A program made the position numbers and the translations under genes. From a virus (Duplodnaviria > Caudoviricetes): 43,463 nt of DNA. The notes beneath the pieces are model-generated. The model was not told the origin of the DNA. It did no database searches and saw only the letters and a list, made by a program, of their open reading frames with translations. Positions 27,405 through 36,784 of this stretch are shown here, piece by piece. The stretch spans positions 1 through 43,463 of the IMG/VR virus record IMGVR_UViG_3300020045_002735. The stretch is one strand, 5' to 3'. Position 1 is the first letter of the stretch; the number at the start of each line of letters is the position of its first letter.

Positions 27405-28235
27405 ATGAGTGTTACTCCATTAAGCAATGCACAAATCTTAGCGAAAGAAAGAGAGCAAAAAGAAAAAGAAAAACAACTTCAGTTAGCTAAAGAAAAGGAA
27501 ATGTTCTCATTTCCAAAGCTGGCTCAAATGAGTGGTCTTGATGAACAAATGTTGATGGTTATACAGAACAGTGTAGCCAAAGACACATCACCTGCTGAAT
27601 TTGCATACTTTTTAAGTGTTGCAAAAGACCAACAACTCAGTGCCATCAATAAAGAAATATGGTGCTACAAGAATCACAAAGGAGATGTTATCATTTTCAC
27701 AGGCAGGGATGGATTCCTCAAGAGAAATAAAATGATGCCATCTTACCGTGGAATGAAGACAGCAGAAGTTTGTGAACTTGATGAGTTCGAGATTGATATG
27801 GTTACAAATGAGATTACTAATCATAAAATTACAAATAACAGAGGAAAATTGATTGGGGCATACTGTGTTGTTTACCATGATGGAATGGAGCCTACAACTG
27901 TTTATTTGGATTTTGAAGAGTTTGACTTGGGTCAAGCTAAATGGAAAACATCACCAAAGATGATGTTGAAGAAATGTGCTCAATCTCATGCTTTGAAAGA
28001 GGCTGCCGGTATCACAGGAATACAAGCTGCAGAAAGCTGGAATGTTAAAGATGGTGTTGCTTCGGCTGATAAGCAAGAGCAAGCAACTGAAGATGTTTCA
28101 CATGAAGAAGTTCGTTTGGAAGAGTTAATAAATTCTGCTCCAGACTTGGAAACTCTGAATAAGCATCTGAAACATTGTGAAACCCCTGCGATGATTAATT
28201 TGTTTAATAAGAGGAAAAAAGAATTGGGAGCATAA
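27405..28235 (+). CDS. bet: Single-strand annealing protein (Bet/RecT family)
   Basis: EFAYFL..AK...LS...KEIW, TGRDGF, GAYCVV and W...PKMMLKKCA..HALKEA motifs. Confidence 0.88.
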   Translation: MSVTPLSNAQILAKEREQKEKEKQLQLAKEKEMFSFPKLAQMSGLDEQMLMVIQNSVAKDTSPAEFAYFLSVAKDQQLSAINKEIWCYKNHKGDVIIFTGRDGFLKRNKMMPSYRGMKTAEVCELDEFEIDMVTNEITNHKITNNRGKLIGAYCVVYHDGMEPTTVYLDFEEFDLGQAKWKTSPKMMLKKCAQSHALKEAAGITGIQAAESWNVKDGVASADKQEQATEDVSHEEVRLEELINSAPDLETLNKHLKHCETPAMINLFNKRKKELGA

Positions 28236-28238
28236 GTT

Positions 28239-28490
28239 ATGGCTAAAAACAGAAATACTGCTCATGCTCCAGAATGTGATGGCTGCGGAGAAATTATGAA
28301 ACTTGAAAAAGCTGGTCATGTTGCAGTCGAAAGAGGAAAATGTAGAATAAGAAGATTTGTTTGCAGTGTTTGTGATATAAAGAAAACAATTTATGCTAAT
28401 GGAGCAGGTGATGATAATAGAGTTTATGATGCACTAGAAGACCAAAAGAAATTACATAAGCAACAAGAAGACTATAATAAGAGATTTTAA
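28239..28490 (+). CDS. Zinc-ribbon protein
   Basis: CDGC and CSVC cysteine pairs. Confidence 0.65.
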   Translation: MAKNRNTAHAPECDGCGEIMKLEKAGHVAVERGKCRIRRFVCSVCDIKKTIYANGAGDDNRVYDALEDQKKLHKQQEDYNKRF

Positions 28491-28501
28491 AATTAAGAAT
28501 C

Positions 28502-29377
28502 ATGCCAATTAAAGAAGTTGATTGGGACTCATTTGAGTTCCGCTGCCACTATTTTGGAGAGTTAATGACTCAAGTTCGTGGAAAGACAAATATGGATGCT
28601 TATTTAGAATCTAAACAGAAGTATGATGATTTTATGAGCAAGTTAATGAGTTCTGGTAAACAACCAACGGATGTTCAATTCTTGAGGATGAACAAACTCG
28701 AGAAGGAAATGAACGAACTTGCCAAAGTCAAAGACGTTTTAAAGTTGAGCAACACTTGTAAAAGAAGGCTTGCTCAAATTTATACTGAAGAAACAACCGG
28801 AAGAAAAAAGGTTATTAAGGGTATGCAGTTGGAAAAAGGCATATTGACTGAAGAAGAGTCAATAACTGCTTATTCAAAAGCAACCAATACTTTTTATCTT
28901 AAAAACAAAGAACGCCTTGGAAACGGGTTTGTCAATGGTGAAGTTGATGTTGACGATGTAGATGAAGATATGATTATAGATACAAAATCTACATGGGATA
29001 TTTTCTCTTTCGATGCTAAGATGAATGGAATGAGTTTTATGAATATGTGGCAGGGCCAGATGTATATGTGGTTAAAGAACAGGTCAAAGTTCAGATGTGT
29101 GTTTGTCTTAAATAACACACCTGAAGAACTTATCAAAAGAATGATTAAAAGTTTGGACTACACATTCATTGGTACGGCAGAGCAGCTTGAAGAAGAAAAA
29201 GCAAGATTATTGGATTACCATACCTTTGATGATTTGCCAGATGAAAGAAAAATAAGAATGTTCGATATTGATAGAGATGAGGAAAAAATTCAAATGGCTA
29301 AAGATGCCATACCACAGTTTAGAAATTACTTAAAAAACTTCGATAAAAAACCTGAAATTTATGACACTGAAGATTAA
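28502..29377 (+). CDS. YqaJ/lambda-exonuclease-like PD-(D/E)xK nuclease
   Basis: KG...EEESI, GEVD, IIDTKSTWD and WQGQMYMWL motifs; next to Bet. Confidence 0.85.
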   Translation: MPIKEVDWDSFEFRCHYFGELMTQVRGKTNMDAYLESKQKYDDFMSKLMSSGKQPTDVQFLRMNKLEKEMNELAKVKDVLKLSNTCKRRLAQIYTEETTGRKKVIKGMQLEKGILTEEESITAYSKATNTFYLKNKERLGNGFVNGEVDVDDVDEDMIIDTKSTWDIFSFDAKMNGMSFMNMWQGQMYMWLKNRSKFRCVFVLNNTPEELIKRMIKSLDYTFIGTAEQLEEEKARLLDYHTFDDLPDERKIRMFDIDRDEEKIQMAKDAIPQFRNYLKNFDKKPEIYDTED

Positions 29378-29597
29378 AAAAGACGGAATTATTTACGCCT
29401 GTGAAGAAGGTTTTGAAGACCGTGCCATAGGAACTCTTTTCCCTAATGCAACAGAGGAAGATGAACGTATTATTGAGTGTGGCTCTGAGGCTATTCCTAT
29501 TGTAGAGGAGTTTATTGAAAAAGTTAACTCTGGAAAATTTACTCCAAAAACCGTTGTAAAAGAATTTGAACAACTACTTTTGCGCCATGCAGTCTAA
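29361..29597 (+). CDS. Hypothetical protein (78 aa)
   Basis: ORF track; overlaps both neighbours. Confidence 0.55.
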   Translation: MTLKIKKDGIIYACEEGFEDRAIGTLFPNATEEDERIIECGSEAIPIVEEFIEKVNSGKFTPKTVVKEFEQLLLRHAV

Positions 29598-30198
29598 TGT
29601 TTATATATTGGATATTGACAAAGCAAGGTCTGGATTGATTTCCAAACTGGAATACGATTTAGAAAGTAAAATTATGTCTGTAAGTTTACGGTATAAAACT
29701 CATGCTTTAGAGTATGTTGATGTACCATTCAATTCCTTTGAGGAAATGTCTTTTTCTGAATCCATTGGTAAGTATTATCTAAACAACATAAAATCAAAAT
29801 TTAAATTAAGAAAAATGTCAGACAAAAAAATGCCTAAGGGTATCAACATTGCTAAAGATGAAGTGCGCTGGATAGACATATCCATTGACGTACAGAAAAT
29901 TTTAAAAGAGTGGTTAGTTGCCGGAGAAAAAGGAACGTACCTTAACATGAAATTAAGGATGCTTCCAGATGGCCAGGTTGACCAGTATGAATGTTTGGGA
30001 TTTATAACTCAAACTGTTCCGAAAGAAGTTTACAATGCGGCTGAAAAAGAAAAGAAAGGAAGTGGCCGAGATATTAAAAATGTTATCTTGGGTAATGCCA
30101 AAGAATTGCAGTGGGGTGAAAGAGATACTGAAGGATTGCCTGGCCAACAAAGTGGTAATTTAGTGGGAGACGAACCTGTAGATGATTTGCCGTTTTAA
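29587..30198 (+). CDS. KTSC domain fused to a phage single-stranded DNA-binding protein
   Basis: N-half SGLISKLEYD...EYVDVP..FEEM..SESIGKYYLNNIK (KTSC); C-half IDVQKI...GEKGTYL...DQY...GFITQ...ILGNAK...DDLPF. Confidence 0.75.
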   Translation: MQSNVYILDIDKARSGLISKLEYDLESKIMSVSLRYKTHALEYVDVPFNSFEEMSFSESIGKYYLNNIKSKFKLRKMSDKKMPKGINIAKDEVRWIDISIDVQKILKEWLVAGEKGTYLNMKLRMLPDGQVDQYECLGFITQTVPKEVYNAAEKEKKGSGRDIKNVILGNAKELQWGERDTEGLPGQQSGNLVGDEPVDDLPF

Positions 30199-30235
30199 GG
30201 TGCTGCTTAAAGTTGTGCATAACAACTGTATGGTT

Positions 30236-30308
30236 TTCCTTGTATCTCAGTGGCCAGAGGCCCGGAACGTACAGCCGGTAGTCGCAGGTTCGAATCCTGC
30301 CAAGGAAA
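30236..30308 (+). tRNA. Degenerate tRNA-like gene, nominal anticodon GTA (Tyr)
   Basis: Acceptor TTCCTTG/CAAGGAA, D arm TCTC-AGTGGCCA-GAGG, anticodon arm CCGG-AACGTACAG-CCGG, T arm GCAGG-TTCGAAT-CCTGC; no encoded CCA. Confidence 0.8.
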
Positions 30309-30321
30309 CAAAAATTATATT

Positions 30322-30621
30322 ATGAGTATAAAAGTAGTTTGTATAAGAGAATGTAAAGGTAAAGATATATCAGCAACTTTTAAAGTTGGCGACATTCTTC
30401 ATCAATCTGAAGTTCCTTTAGATTGTCATTTATCTCTTATAATTTTATTTAGAGTAAATCCTGCTGATTATTGTGTTATAGATGAAGACCCAAAAAGAAA
30501 TGGAGAATGGTGTATATGGTTAAAATCTTCATTTGCACCAATCTCAGATATTGACGAAACTGAAATGAAAAGAGATTATCAAAGAGTAGACCAGAGTTTG
30601 CAAAAATGCGTAAAACGTTGA
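30322..30621 (+). CDS. Hypothetical protein (99 aa); start moved to ATG 30322
   Basis: The called GTG start lies inside the tRNA. Confidence 0.65.
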   Translation: MSIKVVCIRECKGKDISATFKVGDILHQSEVPLDCHLSLIILFRVNPADYCVIDEDPKRNGEWCIWLKSSFAPISDIDETEMKRDYQRVDQSLQKCVKR

Positions 30622-30771
30622 TTTTCAACGTTTTAGCTAACGATTTTAAGCCGTTTTAAGCCGTTTTAATTTTATACATACATTCACCCGATTTTGTTAC
30701 TATAATTCAATTCTACGCCAGAGAATGGTGTTAGAGGCAATTTTTACACCATATTACAAATTACAAATAAC

Positions 30772-32007
30772 ATGGTATTTTACTCGTTTTACACAGATAA
30801 ATGGAAGTCGCCAGAAAGTTTGGTTTATCGTATTGAGAATGATGGACACCCAGACAATCCTTTATACAGTCCATTACAGGTTAACCTTAAAATGTTCGAT
30901 GATAAGGCATCAGCTATGAAAGACTTCTTTTCTCTTTTATGGGATAACGAAGACTTCCGTATTGGTGAGTATTTCGATACTGAAAAAGGAAAAAAAGTTA
31001 CAAAGGAAAAAACGAACAAACCCTCAAAAGAAAAGAGTGCCTCCGGTATTCCTGACTTCGTTTATAAAGTCCCAGAAGATTTTAAACTGGAGTTGAATAC
31101 TATTTACAACATGGATTGTATAACTTTTATGGAACAAGTTCCAGATAAGTTTGTTGACTATGTTTTTACCTCGCCTCCATATAATATTGGGAAGAGAACT
31201 TCATTCGGTAAGAATAATGCCATATATGCAGGTACAGAAGAAATGTATAAAGAGTATGAAGATGGATTGTCTCCAGAAGAGTATCGTAAATGGTTGTTTA
31301 AAGTAATTGAAGAGTTGCTGAGAATAACTAAAAAACACATTTTCTTTAATATTCAAATGCTTGCGGAAAACCGTGACACAGTATTGGATATTATCCATGT
31401 TTTCAGAAAGAATCTAAAGGAAATATTTATTTGGAATAAGACTATTGCCTCTCCAAATCTTAACAAAAAAGTTGTTACTTCGGCATTTGAATTTATATAT
31501 GTTTTGTCTAACGACAAACCGCACCTTCGTTCTTTTGACGACTCTAAATTTGAAAGTAAATTTCGTAATGTAATTACCGGAGTTAACTCATCTCAAAATG
31601 AATATAAGGATTTGAACAAAGCAACTTTCCCGCTTTACTTGCCAAGACATTTCATGAATAATTTTGGCAAGGAAGGTGATATATGGTACGAACCTTTTAA
31701 CGGAACAGGTACAACTCCTCATGCTGCAATATTGGAAAAACGAGATTACATTGCAACTGAATTAGACCCTAAGCAGGTTGTTGTTACCGAAGCAAGAATT
31801 GATAATGAGGAAATGAAAACAAAATTTGACTTTAACCAGGAGTATGTTGACAGAGAAGAAACTGAAGAAATTCTTAAAAAACCAACTTCCAAAGCTGTTA
31901 AGAAAGACCAGACAAGCCAAACAAGTATGTTTAATCAACCAATAATAGAAAGAAGAATTTTGGAAGATGGTCAAAATATAGACGATACTTTACCGTTTGG
32001 AGATTAA
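30772..32007 (+). CDS. Solitary DNA amino-methyltransferase (N6_N4_Mtase, beta class) with N- and C-terminal extensions
   Basis: FTSPPYN catalytic motif precedes the EPFNGTGTT SAM-binding motif; ATFP. Confidence 0.9.
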   Translation: MVFYSFYTDKWKSPESLVYRIENDGHPDNPLYSPLQVNLKMFDDKASAMKDFFSLLWDNEDFRIGEYFDTEKGKKVTKEKTNKPSKEKSASGIPDFVYKVPEDFKLELNTIYNMDCITFMEQVPDKFVDYVFTSPPYNIGKRTSFGKNNAIYAGTEEMYKEYEDGLSPEEYRKWLFKVIEELLRITKKHIFFNIQMLAENRDTVLDIIHVFRKNLKEIFIWNKTIASPNLNKKVVTSAFEFIYVLSNDKPHLRSFDDSKFESKFRNVITGVNSSQNEYKDLNKATFPLYLPRHFMNNFGKEGDIWYEPFNGTGTTPHAAILEKRDYIATELDPKQVVVTEARIDNEEMKTKFDFNQEYVDREETEEILKKPTSKAVKKDQTSQTSMFNQPIIERRILEDGQNIDDTLPFGD

Positions 32008-32018
32008 AAACTATTATT

Positions 32019-32285
32019 ATGAAGATAGCATCTTTTTGTAAAATTAGCGATTCTTTAGAATCTGTTAAAGATAATGTTATTAATGATTTAAGAATTATTA
32101 ACTATAAAACTTGTAATAAAAATAGATTATTAAGTAAAAGATACTATAGTATTCCAGGAACTGAAAATATCAGATTTGGTGTCGATGGAGATGATTTTCT
32201 TAATAACATGGTTTCTGTAATTGTTGAGTCAACAGTAAGAACAAATAAAGATGAGAGAAGATTAAGGAGATTAACTTTTCGTTAA
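32019..32285 (+). CDS. Hypothetical protein (88 aa)
   Basis: ORF track. Confidence 0.5.
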   Translation: MKIASFCKISDSLESVKDNVINDLRIINYKTCNKNRLLSKRYYSIPGTENIRFGVDGDDFLNNMVSVIVESTVRTNKDERRLRRLTFR

Positions 32286-32338
32286 CGTTATGTTAACTTA
32301 TCTTTAACACGACATACATTATATATATGGTATGTTTG
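32271..32338 (+). promoter_or_regulatory. Promoter of the helicase/primase operon with four phased TTAAC boxes
   Basis: TTAAC at 32271, 32282, 32293 and 32304; TATGTTTG at 32331-38; no TTTG at the -33 position. Confidence 0.7.
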
Positions 32339-32371
32339 TAAAAATATTACCAACCCTTTAAAATATTAAGA

Positions 32372-34117
32372 ATGGAGTCAAGAGAATACCAAGATAAACA
32401 GTGTGCAGATATAATTGCACAAATCGAAAGACGTAGAACTGTATGTTGTCAGCTACCTACTGGTGGCGGTAAAACAGTTGAGTTCTCTATTATTATAAAA
32501 CGATTTTTGCAGAAATTAATAGACATTGAACACGGCCCTGTGTTGATATTAGTACATCGTGAAGAGTTACTAAATCAGACAGCAGCAGCCATTAAAGAAG
32601 TTCTTGGATTTGACCCATGCCTTATTACCAGCAGCACAAGCAAGTATTACATGGCAAGAGTTTATGTAGGAATGGTTGACAGTACATTGCCAAGAATGCA
32701 TCTCATGGTTACTCCATCAATGATTATTATAGATGAGTGTCACATTAACTCTTTCAACAAGATACATCGTGAGTTTCCTCAAACAAAAATATTGGGATTT
32801 TCTGCTACACCTATTTCTGCACAAAAGAAAGACCCATTAAAAAAGTATTACGAAACAATAGTTTGCGGCCCTTCTATAAAATGGCTTATTAATGAAGGTT
32901 ATCTGGCTCAAAACATTACCAGAGCACCTAAAGGTTCTGTAGACCCATCAAGTTTTACAACCGATGCAAAATCTGGAGATTACAACACTTTTCAGATGGC
33001 AACGGCTTACAGAATGACTTCAAACGTAACAAATGCAGTAAACCAATATCACAAATTTTGTTTGAGGAAAAAGACTCTGATATTCAATGTTAGTATTGAA
33101 CATAGCAAAGAAGTTGACTCTTGTTTCAATGCTTGCGGTTACAAATCAAGACACTTGGATGCAAGTTCAAGCAGTCGGCCAAGCACAGTTATAAACCCTG
33201 AAACTGGAAAGGTTTTTGAAGATGAGAGAAAAGAAATATTCCATTGGTTTAAGACAACTAAAGATGCAATTCTTAATAGCGTAATGATACCAACTATGGG
33301 TTTTGATGAACCTACAGTTGAAGCTATCATTCTCAATTTCAGCACAATGTCTTTAGCTAAATTTATACAGTGTTGTGGTCGTGGAAGTCGTGTAGTTAAT
33401 GAATATTTTATAGAGAAGTTCTGGATGAAATATCCTTACGAATTGAAGTTAAAAACTCATTTCACAATATTAGACTTGGGTAAGAACTGGGAACGTTTCG
33501 GTGATTGGAACGAAGAAAGAGATTGGGAAAGAATATTTAATTATCCTGATTTTCCAGGAGATGGAGTTGCTCCAATTAAAACCTGTCCTGAATGTGAGGC
33601 TTTGGTTCATGCAGCAGCCAGAGTATGCCCTTTTTGTGGACACGAATTTGCAAAGAAGCAAGTTAAACAAGCTGATATTGAAGAAATGATACTTATAACA
33701 AAAGGTATTAATATAGATGCTTTGGTTGAGAAAAGCGAATTAAAACATAAGTATTACGGAATGTTTGAGTTGGCCGTAGATATAGTTAACAATATGTTCT
33801 ATATGCACGGAGGAAATCCATCTCAAAACATAGTTAATCGTTTTTTCAGAATGTACTATGGATTGTGTATTGAGTGGTACAAACGAACATTGAGTGGTAA
33901 AGAAGATGAATTGGAAGATATATCAGATTCTGGATGGCACATAAGAAAAGCAAAACACAACTTTAATGCTTTAATACAAAGGAAAAATAAAGATAATGCT
34001 ATTGTATTGGAGTCAAATCTAAGAGAACTTGTAACACTAAACGAAGAAGAATATTCTAAAGAAATTAAGCGTAAAGAACAAAATTGGCAGGATTATAAAC
34101 AAATTAACTGGGCTTAA
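32372..34117 (+). CDS. Superfamily 2 helicase (RadD/YejH-like) with Zn finger
   Basis: LPTGGGKT, DECH, SATP, GFDEP, QCCGRGSR and CPEC..CPFC motifs. Confidence 0.92.
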   Translation: MESREYQDKQCADIIAQIERRRTVCCQLPTGGGKTVEFSIIIKRFLQKLIDIEHGPVLILVHREELLNQTAAAIKEVLGFDPCLITSSTSKYYMARVYVGMVDSTLPRMHLMVTPSMIIIDECHINSFNKIHREFPQTKILGFSATPISAQKKDPLKKYYETIVCGPSIKWLINEGYLAQNITRAPKGSVDPSSFTTDAKSGDYNTFQMATAYRMTSNVTNAVNQYHKFCLRKKTLIFNVSIEHSKEVDSCFNACGYKSRHLDASSSSRPSTVINPETGKVFEDERKEIFHWFKTTKDAILNSVMIPTMGFDEPTVEAIILNFSTMSLAKFIQCCGRGSRVVNEYFIEKFWMKYPYELKLKTHFTILDLGKNWERFGDWNEERDWERIFNYPDFPGDGVAPIKTCPECEALVHAAARVCPFCGHEFAKKQVKQADIEEMILITKGINIDALVEKSELKHKYYGMFELAVDIVNNMFYMHGGNPSQNIVNRFFRMYYGLCIEWYKRTLSGKEDELEDISDSGWHIRKAKHNFNALIQRKNKDNAIVLESNLRELVTLNEEEYSKEIKRKEQNWQDYKQINWA

Positions 34118-36367
34118 ATGAATATTAGTCTTTTCAAAAATGTGGGTGAAGTGAGAAACCCACAGATATTAGATTTGATAGATTACTTGCGTGACACCAA
34201 AGAAGGTGTATGGTACACTATTGTTCAAGAGTGCAGAGCAATAAAAGACGAAGATGAGAGAAAAGAATTTAAGAAAACAATGCCAACAGCTTGTTTATCT
34301 GGAGAATTTTCTTATCGGTCTGATAAAAACATAGTTGTTCACAACTCTGTATTAGCTATGGACTTGGATGATGTTGAGAATATACCTGCTACCAGAACAA
34401 TTCTTGAGAACGATAAGTATGTATTTTCTTGTTTTCTATCAACAGGAGGAAATGGATTTAGAGCATTGTTGAAGATAGACCCATTGAAACACAATGAGTC
34501 ATTCAAAGGTGCTGTCCAGTATTTCTGGAAACAATACGGTATTAAGTGTGATACTAATAGCAGTTTAAGTAAACCGTATATAGTTAGCTTTGACCCAGAT
34601 CTTTATTTGGCTGACGATATTGAGTCAATACCAGTATTCAAAAAGTATATTAAAGAGACTGTAGTTAAAAACATTCCGGTATATATACATAACAACGATG
34701 ATTTTGAGAATGTACTCAAACAAATCGTTGGAAGAAATATAGATATTACTGGTGGAAACTATGACGATTGGCTTAAAGTTGGATTTGGTATTGCAGAACA
34801 ATTCGGTGAAGCTGGAAGACAATACTTTCATGCCATCAGCCGACCTTACGAAAAGTATAAAGTTAAAAGCACTGACGACCAGTATAAAGCCTGTTTAAAA
34901 CAGACTGGGACTGGAAACAGGGCTAATATTCGTAGTTTTTATTACTTGGCTAAAAGTCATGGAATATCTATAGTTACCGAACGTACAAAAGAAATAGTTC
35001 GTATAACTAGAAATTCAAAGAAAGCTGGATTAAGCAAAGAGCAAATTTCAAAGAACCTCAAAGAAAAAGCTGGCATTGATGGGGTTGACAATTTTATAGA
35101 TAAGGTTTACGACTCAAGTGAGAAGGACGATTTTGAAGAAGATTCTGAATCATTAATACATACTTTAGAATTGTTTATATCAAATAACTATCAAATTCGT
35201 TTTAACGAGTTGAGTGGCTTCTTTGAAAATCAAGGTGTTCAAATAGTCCCGGTTGCAATGAACTCAATATTTATTGCAGCAAAGAAAATACTTCCAAAGC
35301 TGGACTATAATTTAATGATTAAGTTGCTCAAATCTGATTTCATTGAGGTTTACAATCCTTTATTTGAGTTCTTTGGAAGCGATGGAATACCAGTAATACT
35401 TCCAGCAACACCAGTAGAGCAAAAGGGATTTAGTTCTCCTTTGATTGATAAGCTGGCAGAAAGTATTGAAAATGAAGACCCAGCTTTTACCCGTTATTTC
35501 TTGAGGAAATGGCTCGTAAGTATTATTTCGTCTGCACACAAAGTTCACAGCCCGCTTTTACTTTGTCTTTTGGGAAAGCAGGGAACTGGTAAAACCGAAT
35601 TTTTCCGTAGGTTGTGTCCAAAAGAATTGCAACACTACTATGCTGAGAGCAAATTGGATAAAGAGAAAGATGATGAGTTGTTAATGACAGAGAACTTAAT
35701 TATCATGGACGATGAGTTGGGTGGTAAGAGTAAGCAGGATGCAATGAAGTTAAAGAACATTACTTCAAAACAATGGTTCAGCCTTCGCCGTCCGTATGGA
35801 GACCACAATGAAAAAATATTGAGGCTTGCTGTTCTTTGTGGTACAAGTAATTACAAATCTGTATATACAGACCCAACTGGTAATAGAAGAGTAATACCTA
35901 TTGAGGTTGTTAATATTAATAAAGAACTTTACAACTCTATAAACAAGAAAGATTTGTTTATGGAGATGTTTAAATTGTATAAAGACGGCTTTGATTGGAG
36001 AATCGTCCATTCCGATTTAGAGTTATTAAATAAGGACGAAGATAAATATTCAATCGTGGTAAAAGAAAGAGAATTACTAATAAGGTATTTTATACCAAAT
36101 CATGAGTGCCCTAATGAAGAAAGAATGAGCACTACAGATATTTGTGTTGATATAGAAAATCTGACACGACAAAGAGTTAATCCAACAATCGTTGGTAGAG
36201 AGTTGGAGGATATGGGGTTTATGAGGAAAACCACTCGGTTGGGTACAAGCACTCCAAAGCTGTGGTGTGTTGAGAAAATAAACAGGTTTAATGTTGCACC
36301 AAATCCTTTACAACAACCAGTTCCTTTTGAGAAAGAAAAGGATGAGAAAAAAGAATTACCATTTTAA
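34118..36367 (+). CDS. Primase-helicase (BT4734/VirE_N + PriCT-2 + VirE ATPase)
   Basis: SGEF...MDLDD...FLSTGGNG; YDDWLKVGFGI; GKQGTGKT, MDDE, RRPY and DPTGNRR motifs. Confidence 0.9.
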   Translation: MNISLFKNVGEVRNPQILDLIDYLRDTKEGVWYTIVQECRAIKDEDERKEFKKTMPTACLSGEFSYRSDKNIVVHNSVLAMDLDDVENIPATRTILENDKYVFSCFLSTGGNGFRALLKIDPLKHNESFKGAVQYFWKQYGIKCDTNSSLSKPYIVSFDPDLYLADDIESIPVFKKYIKETVVKNIPVYIHNNDDFENVLKQIVGRNIDITGGNYDDWLKVGFGIAEQFGEAGRQYFHAISRPYEKYKVKSTDDQYKACLKQTGTGNRANIRSFYYLAKSHGISIVTERTKEIVRITRNSKKAGLSKEQISKNLKEKAGIDGVDNFIDKVYDSSEKDDFEEDSESLIHTLELFISNNYQIRFNELSGFFENQGVQIVPVAMNSIFIAAKKILPKLDYNLMIKLLKSDFIEVYNPLFEFFGSDGIPVILPATPVEQKGFSSPLIDKLAESIENEDPAFTRYFLRKWLVSIISSAHKVHSPLLLCLLGKQGTGKTEFFRRLCPKELQHYYAESKLDKEKDDELLMTENLIIMDDELGGKSKQDAMKLKNITSKQWFSLRRPYGDHNEKILRLAVLCGTSNYKSVYTDPTGNRRVIPIEVVNINKELYNSINKKDLFMEMFKLYKDGFDWRIVHSDLELLNKDEDKYSIVVKERELLIRYFIPNHECPNEERMSTTDICVDIENLTRQRVNPTIVGRELEDMGFMRKTTRLGTSTPKLWCVEKINRFNVAPNPLQQPVPFEKEKDEKKELPF

Positions 36368-36378
36368 AACTATAATTT

Positions 36379-36693
36379 ATGACTTTTACTGAAATATTTT
36401 ATAAATATTGGGAGTTTGCAGAAAAAACTTTTGATACTTCTGAAACTGAAGCTCTAATTGGATTAAAAAGAGAAATAAAAGAACTAGAAGATTTATGGAG
36501 CAATAGTTTATCTATAGATGTTGACCATGAATTAGAAGAAATGGCAGATATACAGTTTTATTTATGGTATGTAATAAAGAAATCTGGATATAATTTAGAT
36601 GAATTTATTAATGCAATGGAACAAAAACTCGAAGTATTAAAAACTCGCAAATGGAAGAAAGATGAGACTGGTTGTTATTCTCACATAAAATGA
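36379..36693 (+). CDS. MazG-like dATP/dGTP pyrophosphohydrolase (DUF550-like)
   Basis: W...TF, LKREIKE, EEMADI and KLEVLKTRKW...G.YSHIK motifs. Confidence 0.8.
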   Translation: MTFTEIFYKYWEFAEKTFDTSETEALIGLKREIKELEDLWSNSLSIDVDHELEEMADIQFYLWYVIKKSGYNLDEFINAMEQKLEVLKTRKWKKDETGCYSHIK

Positions 36694-36695
36694 TA

Positions 36696-36762
36696 TTAAC
36701 ACCAGTTTAACAATATTTTGTTTGACGTTAACTTTTCGTTAACATTATATAGCTTATATTTG
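36696..36762 (+). promoter_or_regulatory. Early promoter with phased TTAAC boxes
   Basis: TTAAC pairs at 36696/36707 and 36728/36739; TATATTTG at 36755-62. Confidence 0.7.
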
Positions 36763-36784
36763 TATTAATCAAAAATTAAGCAAA

